This document shows positions 1-12,353 of a stretch of DNA of 64,000 nt, piece by piece. Source of the DNA: an uncultured Actinomycetota bacterium (GTDB lineage: Bacteria > Actinomycetota > Actinomycetes > Propionibacteriales > Propionibacteriaceae). The position numbers and the translations under genes were made by a program. The notes under the pieces are model-generated. The model was not told the origin of the DNA. It made no database searches and was given only the letters and a program-made list of their open reading frames with translations. The stretch lies in the NCBI GenBank assembly GCA_963696135.1, contig CAVOJH010000019.1, positions 64,179 to 128,178 of the forward strand, in the 5' to 3' direction. Numbering within the stretch: the first letter of the stretch is position 1; every line of letters begins with the position of its first letter.

Positions 1-175
1 GCACAGGCCTGGTCGGTCAGGGCTGTCCTGAATCTTGTCCTCAGCTCGACTTCCCGATCGTCGCATCTGGGCCCTGGTGTCAGCCAACGTGGTTCCGGGG
101 AGGGCTGGGAGTCTCTGTCGAGACGTGTACTGACAGGGGATCCCTCGTGCGGAGGTTTCCCCGTACGGTCGAGAG

Positions 176-1117
176 ATGGACAACCGAGCCGAGGTGCGCG
201 AGTTCCTGATCTCGCGGCGGGCCAAGATCACCCCGCAGCAGGCCGGGATGCCCGATGTCGGCGCCCGGCGTGTCCCGGGCCTGCGTCGTGGTGAGGTCGC
301 CGCCTTGGCCCGCGTCAGTGTGGAGTACTACGCCAAGCTGGAGCGTGGCGCACTCGGCGGTGTCTCCGCCTCCGTGCTCGACGCCATCGCCCGGGCCCTG
401 CAGCTCGACGATGCCGAACGCACGCACCTGTTCAACCTCGCCCACGCCGCCGATGGCACCAGTGCTGGGATGCGGCCCCGTCGCCGGGCCAGTCACCTGT
501 GGACACCGCGGCCGAGTCTGACCTGGGTGCTCGACGCGATCACCGCGCCGGCCATCGTCCGCAACGGTCGGATGGACCTGCTGGCCACCAACGATCTCGG
601 TCGGGCCATGCACGCCGCCGTCTACGCCAGTGCGGTCGGCGCGCCACCCAACTTCGCCCGGTTCACGTTCCTCGACCTGGACGCCGCCCACGACTTCTAC
701 CCCCACTGGGAGATCGCAGCGGACACCTGTGTCGCCATCCTGCGGACCGAGGCCGGCCGAGACCCGCACGACAAGGCCTTGCACGACCTCGTCGGGGAGC
801 TGTCCACCCGGAGCAGCGACTTCGGCCACCGCTGGGGCAGCCACGACGTCCGTCTCCACGGCGCCGGTAGCAAGCTGTTCCACCACGGCGTGGTCGGTGA
901 TCTCGATCTGTCCTACGAAAGCGTTGACATGATCTCCGACCCCGGCCTCACTCTCACCATCTACGCCGCCGAACCAGGCTCACCCACCGCGCACGCGCTC
1001 GACCTGCTCGCGTCCTGGCACGCCACCGAGCTCGCCGAAGCAACCGCTGCCGAGGCCGCGGCCTCTGGCGCATCTCGGCTTCACACTCACGACCCCGCCT
1101 CACCCGGCCGATCCTGA
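176..1117 (+). CDS. MmyB-like (XRE-type) helix-turn-helix transcriptional regulator
   Basis: 313-aa ORF with an ATG start. The N-terminal HTH 'RRVPGLRRGEVAALARVSVEYYAKLERG' is followed by a long C-terminal ligand-type domain. It is a clear paralog of the ORF at 6151-7068 and sits directly upstream of three oxidoreductase genes. Confidence 0.85.
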   Translation: MDNRAEVREFLISRRAKITPQQAGMPDVGARRVPGLRRGEVAALARVSVEYYAKLERGALGGVSASVLDAIARALQLDDAERTHLFNLAHAADGTSAGMRPRRRASHLWTPRPSLTWVLDAITAPAIVRNGRMDLLATNDLGRAMHAAVYASAVGAPPNFARFTFLDLDAAHDFYPHWEIAADTCVAILRTEAGRDPHDKALHDLVGELSTRSSDFGHRWGSHDVRLHGAGSKLFHHGVVGDLDLSYESVDMISDPGLTLTIYAAEPGSPTAHALDLLASWHATELAEATAAEAAASGASRLHTHDPASPGRS

Positions 1118-1157
1118 CCGCACCAGCCTCCACACACGTCGCAGGAGATACGCACCC

Positions 1158-1852
1158 ATGACCACGATCGCCATCGTCGGCGCCGGCCCAGGGCTCGGGG
1201 CGGCCGTCGCCCGCCGCTTCGGCACCGAGAGCTTCTCCGTTGCCGTCATCTCCCGCAGCCAGGACCGGGCTGACGCCCTCGCCGGCGACCTGACCAGGAC
1301 CGGGGTGACCGCCCGCGGCTACGCCGCCGACGTCCGCGATCCTGACGCCTTGACCAGTGCTCTGGCGTGGGCGGCCGATGACCTCGGGCCGGTCGAGGTG
1401 CTGCAGTACAGCCCCGTCCCGCAGGCCGCGTTCATGCACCCGGTCCTCGACACCACGGTGGCCGATCTCACCGGTGCGATCGAGTTCTCCGTCTTCGGTC
1501 CCCTCACCGCGGTCCGCCACGTCCTGCCGGGGATGCGGGACCTGGGCCGCGGAACCGTGCTGTTCGTCAACGGCGGCAGCGGCGCCCGACCGAACCCGAA
1601 GGTCGCCGGCACCTCGATCGCCTTCGCCGCCGAAGGTGCCTACGCGACCATGCTGCACACCGCCCTGGCCGAGGAGAACATCCACGTCGGCCAGCTGATC
1701 ATCCCTGGCGGCATCACCACCGGCCACCCCACCCACGACCCGGACATCCTCGCCGACCGCCTCTGGACCATGCACACCAGCCGAGACACCTTCCGCGTCT
1801 TCGCCGAACCCATGAACCCTCCAGCACTGACCTGTCAGGAAGGAAACCACAG

Positions 1853-1859
<7 letters not shown>
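1158..1859 (+). CDS. SDR-family NAD(P)-dependent oxidoreductase
   Basis: N-terminal Rossmann motif '[18 protein letters not shown]'. AGGAG lies about 10 nt upstream of the ATG. The 3' end overlaps the next start by 7 nt. Confidence 0.85.
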
Positions 1860-4235
<2,376 letters not shown>

Positions 4236-4859
4236 TCAGGAACGCCCCGCCTTCTGCGGGTAGAGCGTCTCGCCGCGCGCCAGCATCTCCACCATCTCGG
4301 TGATCTTGCGAGCCCGGCTGTCAGCTCGCTTCATGTTCTCGACGCGATGGATCAGCGCGAACCGGTTGGCGCTCGTGAGCACGTCGAACATCGCCTGCGC
4401 TTCCGGTTCTGCAGCGATCGCAGCGGCCAGGTCGGCGGGCACCTGGCGGGTCGCCGGACCGGCGTACGCCGCGTCCCAGCGCCCGTCTGCGCGCGCGGCC
4501 TCGACCGCGGCGCGCCCGGCGTCGGTCATCCGGCCCTGGTCCTCGAGGGTCGCCACGAGCGCGACGTTGCGCTGGGACCAGCTGCCTTTGGGCCGGCGCG
4601 GGGTGATGCGCACGGTGTAGCTGTCCTCGTCGCGCTTGCCGGCTTGGCCGTCGATCCAGCCGAAGCAGAGCAGCTCCTCGACGGCGCTCGCCCACGTGAT
4701 CGTGGTGGCCGTGCCGCCCTTCTTGGTCAGCACCAGTCGCACGCCAGGCGACGTCGTGTGGTGCTCTTCGAGCCACGCTCGCAGCGCGGTCGGGTCGCTC
4801 ACGAGCAGCTCGGGCAGCAGGGTTGCCATGCGGTCGACGCTAGCCGTGACGGCCGACAT
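4236..4859 (-). CDS. YdeI/OmpD-associated family protein
   Basis: 207-aa ORF with 'CFGWIDGQ', 'RITPRRPKGSWSQRN' and 'RFALIHRVENMKRADSRARKI', as I recall for the YdeI family. The start could instead be the internal ATG at 4829. Confidence 0.75.
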   Translation of the reverse strand: MSAVTASVDRMATLLPELLVSDPTALRAWLEEHHTTSPGVRLVLTKKGGTATTITWASAVEELLCFGWIDGQAGKRDEDSYTVRITPRRPKGSWSQRNVALVATLEDQGRMTDAGRAAVEAARADGRWDAAYAGPATRQVPADLAAAIAAEPEAQAMFDVLTSANRFALIHRVENMKRADSRARKITEMVEMLARGETLYPQKAGRS

Positions 4860-5006
4860 TTGCGTGGCTCAGGCAGCGAACCGGTGCAGTTCATTTGACG
4901 GTCCTTCATCGACGGGGTTGAGGCACGTCAGGCGATGCCCACAAGGCGCGCGATCCACGCCTGCTGTTCATGCACGGCTGTTACCGCTGCCCGACCACCC
5001 CGCCAT

Positions 5007-5029
5007 CAAAAGTCGGGCGCCAGCCGACT
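5007..5029 (-). terminator. Rho-independent-type terminator (minus strand)
   Basis: On the minus strand, AGTCGG-7 nt-CCGACT is followed by TTTT. It lies about 55 nt downstream of the stop at 5083. Confidence 0.5.
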
Positions 5030-5082
5030 GAATGGTATGGCTTCTCAATCGGCTACACGTACGCTGCGTTGCAGACCATCAT

Positions 5083-5766
5083 TCACTGTCCGAGCCCGGC
5101 GTTCCTTGCCTTCACGATGGCCGCGGACCGGTCAGGCACCTGGAGTTTGGTGAGCACATTCGATACGTGGTTGCTGACCGTCTTGAGACTGATCATGAGG
5201 TCGTGGGCGATGGCTGCGTTACCTCTGCCGGTGGCGATGAGGTCGAGCACGTCACGCTCGCGTGCGGTCAAGGTGGGAACGGGGGACGTCGGAAGCTCTG
5301 TGGTGTGGGTGAAGTGCTCGATGATGCGGTGGGCGACGCCGGGTCCGAAGATGGCTTCGCCTGCGGCAGCGGCGTGGATGGCTCGCACGATCTCGTCGCG
5401 GTCGGCGCCTTTCAGCAGGTAGCCGTGTGCGCCGGCCCCTGGCGGGTGGCCTCGATGCCATCGAGGTCAGGCATTCGTAGGTCCATCAAGATGACGTCAG
5501 GCACCGACGGCGCCGGGTCGGATCGTCCAGCACAGGTGCGTAGCCCTACGCGCTCGGCACAGCTCGAGAGCCTCGTCGACAAGGTTGGCCTCGTCAGCAC
5601 GGCCGGCTGGCTCGGCTCGCTGGATGTTCGCCTGACCACGATCGACGTAGAGCTGCACCCGATCTGTCGAGACGAGCTCGGCTCCGGGTGGGGCCCACGG
5701 TGAGACCCATCGAGCAGACTCCTGAAGAGCCGCTGCCATCGTCCAACTCACTGTCCTGCCCGCCAC
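5083..5766 (-). pseudogene. NarL/LuxR-family response regulator, internally deleted and frameshifted
   Basis: Consecutive pieces lie in three frames. The first is a degenerate N-terminus (5497-5766 frame). The second is 'PDVILMDLRMPDLDGIEATR' (5412-5639 frame). The third is 'GAGAHGYLLKGADRDEIVRAIH...LTARERDVLDLIATGRGNAAIAHDLMISLKTVSNHVSNVLTKL' (5083 to about 5440). About 40 codons normally found between 'GIEATR' and 'GYLLK' are absent. No kinase gene is adjacent. Confidence 0.7.
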
Positions 5767-6150
5767 CTTCCGTTACCCCCGACAACATGACACGGCCTGT
5801 GCCGACCAGGGCGGCCAGGGCGACCTACTGAGCGGAGGCTTACGGCGTTCCGGCTAGGTTGCGGACAAGTGGTCTCATGGTGGCGGTTGACGCGGGCCTC
5901 GCTCGAGCAGCTGACCGGGTCCAAGTCATCGGCACCAGCATCCGGCGCCCGCGTGCCGCCGTGCTGGCGCCGGTCGCCGGCGGTCTGGTGTCGGCGCAGT
6001 CATCTGGGGATTGGTCGCCAATCAGGTCGACCTGTTCGCCAGCTCGCGCAACGGCCATCGGGGCAGCAGGACAGCGATCCGAGGGACCAGTGACTGCCAG
6101 GTACTGCCAGGCCCTCCCTGCCGCCATCCGCGCCCCGTAGCGTCTCGGCC

Positions 6151-7068
6151 ATGGACCAACGCCAGGAGATCCGGGAGTTCCTCATCTCCCGCCGCGCCAG
6201 GATCACCCCCCAGCAGGCCGGCCTTCCGGCATGGGGCGGCACGAACCGGCGGGTTCCTGGGCTTCGCCGCGAAGAGGTCGCGTTGCTGGCCGGAGTCAGC
6301 ATCGACTACTACACCCGGCTCGAGCGCGGCAATCTCGACGGCGTCTCCGATTCCGTGCTCGACGCGATCGCCAACGCGCTACACCTCGACGACGCCGAGC
6401 GGATCCATCTGGACAACCTCGCACGGACCGCCCAGAAAGGACCACACCGGCAGCGATCTCGCCCGAAGCCAGGTGGCTTCCGGCCCGAGCTGCAACGGAT
6501 CCTCGATGCCGTGACCGCAGCGCCCGCCTACCTACGCAACGGCCGTCGCGAACTCCTTGCCGCGAACCGTCTCGGTCGGGCGCTCTACTCACCGATGTTC
6601 GCTCAGCCGCAGCGGCCGGTCAACGTCGCCCGGTTCGTGTTTCTCGACCCGGCCGCCCGCGCCTTCTTTCTGGACTGGACCACCGCCGCCCGCGACATGG
6701 TGGCCGCGCTGCGCATCGAAGCCGGCCGGCACCCGCGCGACCGAGCGCTGTCCGACCTCGTCGGCGAGCTGTCCACCCGCAGCGACGAGTTCGCCACCTT
6801 CTGGGCCTCCCAGAACGTCCGGTTCCACCGCAGCGGCCTGAAGGACATCCACCACCCAGCTGTTGGCGATCTCCACCTGACCTTCGAGGCCATGGACCTA
6901 CCTGCCGACCCCGGACTGTCCCTGATCGTCTACAGCGCCGAGCCTGACAGCAGCTCCGAGGACGGTCTCCGCCTCCTCGCCAGCTGGGCAGCAACCGCCG
7001 ACCAGCAGGCTCAGCAGGCGCCGCAACCGATCACGCCAACCCCGACACCGAACACACCGACCGCCTGA
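6151..7068 (+). CDS. MmyB-like (XRE-type) helix-turn-helix transcriptional regulator, second paralog
   Basis: 'MDQRQEIREFLISRRARITPQQAG...RRVPGLRREEVALLAGVSIDYYTRLERG' is collinear with the 176-1117 product along its whole length. Confidence 0.85.
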   Translation: MDQRQEIREFLISRRARITPQQAGLPAWGGTNRRVPGLRREEVALLAGVSIDYYTRLERGNLDGVSDSVLDAIANALHLDDAERIHLDNLARTAQKGPHRQRSRPKPGGFRPELQRILDAVTAAPAYLRNGRRELLAANRLGRALYSPMFAQPQRPVNVARFVFLDPAARAFFLDWTTAARDMVAALRIEAGRHPRDRALSDLVGELSTRSDEFATFWASQNVRFHRSGLKDIHHPAVGDLHLTFEAMDLPADPGLSLIVYSAEPDSSSEDGLRLLASWAATADQQAQQAPQPITPTPTPNTPTA

Positions 7069-7347
7069 CCAATCCCACCTCTCACGCCCAGCTCACGCTC
7101 ACGAAGGATCTGTTCCAGACCTCATCGCCCTCCGGTTCAGCGACCGCGAGCAGCTCGAGACGTCGGTTCCGGGCATCGACCACCTCGACAACATCCGGAC
7201 GCCGGTGCCCGACCTGTCGTCACTGCTGTGGCGAGCGATCCAGCTGTCAGGCTCGAACTCCCCGTGTGCGGACACGCGAATGGCCGCGCCCGGTTGCACG
7301 CGGGTCGATAGCCTGACGCTCCCGACTTGTGGCAGGAGCCGAGCCTC

Positions 7348-8289
7348 ATGACAACCGCCGACCCGGTCCTCAGCGCGCTCGCCGAGTGGGCCGAATCGCG
7401 CGAAGACGTACGAGCCCTCATTCTGACCAGCACCCGAGCGGTCCCGGACGCCGAACTCGATGCCTATTCCGACTACGACGTAGTCGTTGTCGTCGCCGAC
7501 GTTCAGGCCATGCTCGAGGACACCAGCTGGCTAGGGATGTTCGGCGAAGTCCTGATCACGTACTGGGATCCCCTTGTCGCAGAGCCGGCGACAGGTGCAC
7601 AGCATGTCGGCAGCATCACCAACTACACCAACGGCTTGAAGATCGACTTCAGCCTGTGGTCACCGCAGCGATATGTTGATCTGACGGCTGGGCCAGACCC
7701 CTATCCCGAGTTCGACGCTGGATACCAGGTCATCGTTGACAAGGATCGTCTGACCGCGCACCTTCCCGAGCCGACGCTCAGCGCGTACATCCCGGTGAAA
7801 CCCGACGAAGCTACCTTTCACCGCCTCATCACCGACTTCCTCATCGGCGTTCCCTACGTCGCCAAGTACCTGCTTCGTGACGAGTTGCTGCCGGCCAAAT
7901 GGGTGCTCGACTTCGACATGCGGTTCAACTACCTGGTGCCCCTCCTGCAGTGGCGAGTCGAGTGCGATCACGACTGGTCGCTGAAGTTGGGCAACCTCGG
8001 CAAGGGCCTCAAAGCTCGCCTCCCGACTCAGAGCTGGTCGGCGGTCGAGCGGACCTTCAGCGGCGCATCCGCCGAAGCGAACTGGGAGGCGTTGTTCGAC
8101 ATGGTCACTCTGTTCAGCCTGGTCGCCCGCGAGGTCGCAGACCACCTCGGCCATACCTACCCCGAACCCCTCATTACTCGCGTCACCAACCACGCCCGGG
8201 AGATGCGTGACGGCCGATTCGCCATCGGCCCGTTGGTGACCGGTCAACGGTCGGCCAGCGGCACTTCTCCTTCGGTGCAGGGAAATTGA
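7348..8289 (+). CDS. Aminoglycoside 6-adenylyltransferase-like nucleotidyltransferase (ANT(6)/AadK family)
   Basis: The layout matches AadK-type enzymes as I recall them: 'RALILTSTRA...YSDYDVVVVV', 'GLKIDFSLW', 'VIVDKD' and 'FLIGVPYVAKYLLRDELLPAKWVLD'. The ORF track starts at TTG 7327; I prefer the ATG at 7348. Confidence 0.7.
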   Translation: MTTADPVLSALAEWAESREDVRALILTSTRAVPDAELDAYSDYDVVVVVADVQAMLEDTSWLGMFGEVLITYWDPLVAEPATGAQHVGSITNYTNGLKIDFSLWSPQRYVDLTAGPDPYPEFDAGYQVIVDKDRLTAHLPEPTLSAYIPVKPDEATFHRLITDFLIGVPYVAKYLLRDELLPAKWVLDFDMRFNYLVPLLQWRVECDHDWSLKLGNLGKGLKARLPTQSWSAVERTFSGASAEANWEALFDMVTLFSLVAREVADHLGHTYPEPLITRVTNHAREMRDGRFAIGPLVTGQRSASGTSPSVQGN

Positions 8290-8329
8290 ATGCTCTGATG
8301 TCCGCCGCCCCTCCCCTGCGTTGCGTTGC

Positions 8330-9310
8330 ATGACCAGCGGCGACGTTGCCGGCCAGGATCATGCGCTCCACGGCAATTGGCGAGAGAACACGTTCTTCCA
8401 GCGTCGACCCTCCATCGAAACCCAGGCTTGGGCTGCCGCTGCCGTGGGCCAAGGCAGTCGCATCGTAGGCCATCGTCGGTTGACCGGCGGCGTCAACTCT
8501 GCTGTCCATCGCTTGACAGTCGAGCGCCACGACACGCGAACGTTCGTGGTGTTGCGCCAGTACCCGGCGGGAAGCATCGCGCTTCGGACCGCCATGGAGG
8601 AGGAGATCGCCAACCTCACGGTAGTGGCAGGAAGCGGACTTCCTGTTCCGGCGATCTTGGCCGCGGACGTCGCCGGCACTGCTACGGGCGGAGCGCCATC
8701 GCTGCTGATGACACGGCTCCCTGGCCATGTTCACCTCAACCCGGTGGAGCATCGGCTGTGGATCGAGAGGATCGCCGCGTTCGCAGCCCGCGTCCACGCC
8801 GTTGACCTCCCAGCCCCGACCTTTCGACCCTGGGCAGACTCGTGGATCACACCTCTCGGCCAGTTTCAGGTTCCGGTTGGCGCACAGAGACCTGCGGTCT
8901 GGGAAGCGGCCTTCGATGCTATGGAGTCACCGCCACCGGAGGACGGTGCCGTCTTCCTGCACTGCGACTATCTGCCCGTCAACCTGCTGTGGTCGCGCGG
9001 CAAGATCACCGGAATCACCGACTGGAATGGGATCCACCGAGGATCTCGCGCGATCGACGTAGGGCAATGTCGGCGGTACCTGGCCTCGCTCTACTCGCCC
9101 GCTTGGGCAGAGGAACTCCGCTCGCTCTACGAATCGATCGCGGGTGCCCCTCTTCATCCGTGGTGGGACTTGTACGCCCTCCTCCACCACGACGACAGCG
9201 GACCAACGGCGATCTTCCGCCAGGTTGCCGGCCGGCGTCCAGTCGACCTGTCGGGCATGACAGCTCGTGTCGAGATCGCTGTCGGACACGCACTGCAGCG
9301 CCTCGGTTGA
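8330..9310 (+). CDS. Aminoglycoside/antibiotic phosphotransferase (APH) family protein
   Basis: Kinase catalytic loop 'LHCDYLPVNLLW' (HxDxxxxN), metal-binding 'ITDWNG', and N-lobe 'RRLTGGVNSAVHRL'. An alternative TTG start lies at 8321. Confidence 0.75.
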   Translation: MTSGDVAGQDHALHGNWRENTFFQRRPSIETQAWAAAAVGQGSRIVGHRRLTGGVNSAVHRLTVERHDTRTFVVLRQYPAGSIALRTAMEEEIANLTVVAGSGLPVPAILAADVAGTATGGAPSLLMTRLPGHVHLNPVEHRLWIERIAAFAARVHAVDLPAPTFRPWADSWITPLGQFQVPVGAQRPAVWEAAFDAMESPPPEDGAVFLHCDYLPVNLLWSRGKITGITDWNGIHRGSRAIDVGQCRRYLASLYSPAWAEELRSLYESIAGAPLHPWWDLYALLHHDDSGPTAIFRQVAGRRPVDLSGMTARVEIAVGHALQRLG

Positions 9311-9687
9311 ACAACAGACGCCGTCAGCCGACGACCTTCGATCGTGCGGTGAGCAGAAACCTGGCGTTCTTGCGTCGTGCCAGGAGGTGGCCTGATCAAA
9401 CCGCTCCGGAGCTATCACCGCTGGATGGAGAGGTCCGGAGACGATTCGAGGCGACGCTCACCGACTTCTTCATCACGGTCGCAGGACCTCTGAAATCGTG
9501 GTCCTGCACGTCGCGCACCGTTGTTCACTCCTCGGCACCATGGTGACCGGTCAGCCCGTCGTGCTGGTCGGCTGCGCTTCGCACAGGAGCTTACCGACGA
9601 TCGCGGTGGCGGCTCTCGCCGAGGTCGACTTCCCTCGATTCCGCATCAGAGCACGGTCGGCTTCCGGCACCGGAGGTGATGGGCGCT

Positions 9688-10302
9688 TCAGCTGGAAGGA
9701 CGGCGCGGCCATTCCGACGGAAGAGCGGCGAACCACATCACGTCCTGGCGTTGGCCTTGCCAGACGGCGTGTGACCGCATCGTTCCTTCGTGGACGAAGC
9801 CCGCACGAGAAGCCACCGCAGCTGAGCCCTCGTTGCCAGCCACGACAGTCAGGAAAACCCGAGCTGCACCCAGCCCGAACAACCAGGCGGTGAGCAGAAC
9901 GACCGCTCGCGTGGCATAACCGTGACCTCGACCATCCGGCACGAGCCAGTAGCCGATCTGCGCCACGTCCTCGCCGGTCCAGTCATCGACACCGCAGCAT
10001 CCGACCGGTCGACCGCTCTCGACGTCCTCGATGACGAAGGCGACTCCTTTGGGTATGCCACTGGTCGCGAAGGAGACCAACGCGTGATCGAAGTCAGCGA
10101 TCGTCGCCTGAGCCTGGGCGGTTGATGGGACCGGGTCTGGCTGGCCATGCCGATCGTGGTTGCCGTTGTACTGGCGGATTGCTGGGTCGGCGCTCGCGTC
10201 GGCCAGGAACTGTGCGTCCTCGCGTCTCCACGGCCGCAGCACGATCCGACCGTCAGACAAGACCACGTCCGAAGGCCCGCCGCCGACACTGTGCGTCGTC
10301 AC
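9688..10302 (-). CDS. GNAT-family N-acetyltransferase (RimJ/RimL-like)
   Basis: 'IVLRPWRREDAQFL', 'VAQIGYWLVPDGRGHGYATRAV' (acetyl-CoA motif A) and 'NEGSAAVASRAGFVHEG'. The GTG start at 10302 is inferred. The ORF-track 5' extension to 10548 has no family-like sequence. Confidence 0.8.
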   Translation of the reverse strand: MTTHSVGGGPSDVVLSDGRIVLRPWRREDAQFLADASADPAIRQYNGNHDRHGQPDPVPSTAQAQATIADFDHALVSFATSGIPKGVAFVIEDVESGRPVGCCGVDDWTGEDVAQIGYWLVPDGRGHGYATRAVVLLTAWLFGLGAARVFLTVVAGNEGSAAVASRAGFVHEGTMRSHAVWQGQRQDVMWFAALPSEWPRRPSS

Positions 10303-10563
10303 TCGGTCGTCCAGGGACCCCACTGAGACATTCTCGCATCCGCAGCTAGCGGCCGACTCGACCCTCGGGCGGCTGTCCACGGCAGATGGGTTGCGGCACC
10401 TCCATCGTCGGTGACCCACTGCAGTTCGCTGAGCGTGCCTAGCCTCTCGAACGGCCACGGATACTCCCTGACGGTCGCCGACGAGTGCCCGCTGGACGGT
10501 CCGCTTCGACACGGGCATGGGAAAGGCAAAGGGATTGAGCTCTCGCACCCATGACGGCCGTCG

Positions 10564-11052
10564 CTATCCCAGGTCTCGATTCAGCTGGGTGAGGCGTGGC
10601 CAGGTCCAGGCTGAGCGCAGGATGAAAGCCAGGAGCAGCACCTCGAGTCCGATGGAGAGGCCGTAGAAGTAGAAGTAGGTCCAGGACTCCCCTGCCGCGT
10701 TGTACACCGAGACGGGGATGTAGAGCGTTGCCACGACGAGGTTGAGGATGCGGTTGATACGGGCGGGCAGTGTCGTGGAGAGCAGGATCATCAGGATCGG
10801 GATGGCCATGAGCGTGAGTGCACTGGCGACAAAGGTCGGGCCGATGTCGAACTCGTGGACGATGCCGGCCAGGATGTCGTCGACGACGCCGGGCTTGTAG
10901 AAGGCGAGGTAGTCGACGTAGAGGTAGAGGAACATGAAAGTGGTCCAGGCTGCTGCGAGCTTGGCCTGCACGGGCATGCGCAGATCTTCTCGCGTGCCTT
11001 GGGACGGCGGAGCCTGAAGTGCAGTGTGGGGTCGAGGCGTTCTCATCATCAT
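10564..11052 (-). CDS. DUF6326-like small integral membrane protein
   Basis: Four predicted TM helices. 'AAWTTFMFLYLYVDYLAF' and 'LTLMAIPILMILLS' resemble DUF6326 as I recall it. AAGGAG (11059-11054) precedes three consecutive ATGs (11052, 11049, 11046), so the start is one of these. Confidence 0.65.
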   Translation of the reverse strand: MMMRTPRPHTALQAPPSQGTREDLRMPVQAKLAAAWTTFMFLYLYVDYLAFYKPGVVDDILAGIVHEFDIGPTFVASALTLMAIPILMILLSTTLPARINRILNLVVATLYIPVSVYNAAGESWTYFYFYGLSIGLEVLLLAFILRSAWTWPRLTQLNRDLG

Positions 11053-11207
11053 GCTCCTTGGCTTGATCGAGTGGATGCCTCCAGCCTCACGGGTTCTGGC
11101 GGCCGGCACATCGGCCGCAGAGCCTGATCCGACCTGGCCGTTGGCACAGCCGAGCTCTTGTACTTTCGGCGGATGCACCGAGTACGCGGGCTGCCTAGGC
11201 TGATCAG

Positions 11208-12353
11208 ATGGCCACCGACGCACTCCGCTCGCTGTGGGCCGAACCTCGACCCGCGAATGCGCCAGACCGAGGGCCGCGGGACTGGGCCTTGGTCGCAGCA
11301 CTGGTCGTCTGGTCCGTGGTGGAGACGGTGCTTCGTCAGGACCTGGCGCCGCGACCGCTTCTGCTGCTCGCGGCGCTCGCGGTCATCGGCCCCCTGTTGT
11401 GGCGACGCACGCACCCGCTTGTCGCCGTAGCGGTGTCTTTCGGCACCTTGACACTGGTCGACATCGTCAGAATCCTCACCGGTTCGCAAGGCGGCCTGTT
11501 GAACAGCACCTCCGCTGCGCTGATCCTGGCCTATGCCCTGTTCCGTTGGGGATCCGGTCGGGAAGCCGCCGGTGGTCTTGGCGTCATCCTGCTCTGGCTG
11601 CCCATCACCACCGTTGCCGACCCCACCGGCTTGGCGGAGACGGTCGCTGCGTACGGGTTCTTCCTGTTCGCCGCCGCACTCGGTGCCGCGGTCCGCTATC
11701 GCGCGAAGGTCCGCCTTCGCGACATCGACCAAGCCAAGGCCCTCGAACGCGAACAGCTCGCTCGTGAACTCCACGACACCGTCGCCCACCACGTCTCGGG
11801 CATCGCCATCCAGGCCCAAGCTGGTCGTGCCATCGCGGCCTCCCACCCCGAGCGTGCCGTCGAGGCCCTGGCCATCATCGAGGACGCAGCGACCCGCACT
11901 CTCACCGAGCTCCGCGCCATCGTCGGCGTGCTCCGGGCCACACCCGACACCGAGTTCGCGCCGCAGCCCGGCGTGGCCGAGGTCGAGCAGCTCGCCACCG
12001 ATGGCCAGACGCGTCCCTGCGTCGAGGTGACGCTGTCCGGGGAGTTCGACGACCTCAGCCCAGCGGTCGGAGCCGCGATCTACCGCCTGGCCCAGGAGTC
12101 CATCACCAACGCTCGACGGCACGCCCGCCACGCGACCCAGGTCACCGTCGCCGTCACAGGCGAAGCCGACCAGGTACGCCTGACCATCGCCGACGACGGC
12201 TCCGCCGCCGGCGTCCGCGCCCCAGCGGGCTACGGCCTGGTGGGCATGCGGGAACGCGCCTCCCTGCTCGGCGGCACCTTCCACGCAGGCCCCGCCGCCG
12301 AGCGGGGCTGGCGGGTTGAGGCCGTCCTGCCCCGAACCGGGACGCCGCGATGA
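11208..12353 (+). CDS. Sensor histidine kinase (HisKA_3/NarL-partner type)
   Basis: Multi-TM N-terminus, H-box 'ELHDTVAHHVSGIAIQAQAG', and ATPase end 'GYGLVGMRERASLLGGTF'. An ATGA overlap links it to the following regulator. Confidence 0.85.
   Translation: MATDALRSLWAEPRPANAPDRGPRDWALVAALVVWSVVETVLRQDLAPRPLLLLAALAVIGPLLWRRTHPLVAVAVSFGTLTLVDIVRILTGSQGGLLNSTSAALILAYALFRWGSGREAAGGLGVILLWLPITTVADPTGLAETVAAYGFFLFAAALGAAVRYRAKVRLRDIDQAKALEREQLARELHDTVAHHVSGIAIQAQAGRAIAASHPERAVEALAIIEDAATRTLTELRAIVGVLRATPDTEFAPQPGVAEVEQLATDGQTRPCVEVTLSGEFDDLSPAVGAAIYRLAQESITNARRHARHATQVTVAVTGEADQVRLTIADDGSAAGVRAPAGYGLVGMRERASLLGGTFHAGPAAERGWRVEAVLPRTGTPR

Noticed and set aside
1-175. Possible partial gene at the left window edge
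   Set aside because: There is no ORF with recognisable sequence in any frame. I treat it as the promoter and leader of the MmyB-like regulator.
9551-9736. Minus-strand peptide 'NRGKSTSARAATAIVGKLL' resembling a degraded P-loop (GxxGxGKS/T) kinase N-terminus in the APH/GNAT gap
   Set aside because: It is only about 15 suggestive residues, the Gly-rich loop itself is missing, and nothing continues in any frame. That is too weak to call without a translated database search.
10303-10548. 5' extension of the GNAT ORF containing 'PVSKRTVQRAL' (HTH-like?)
   Set aside because: It is a short, isolated, Arg-rich sequence with no start context. It is most likely an untranslated leader of the GNAT gene.
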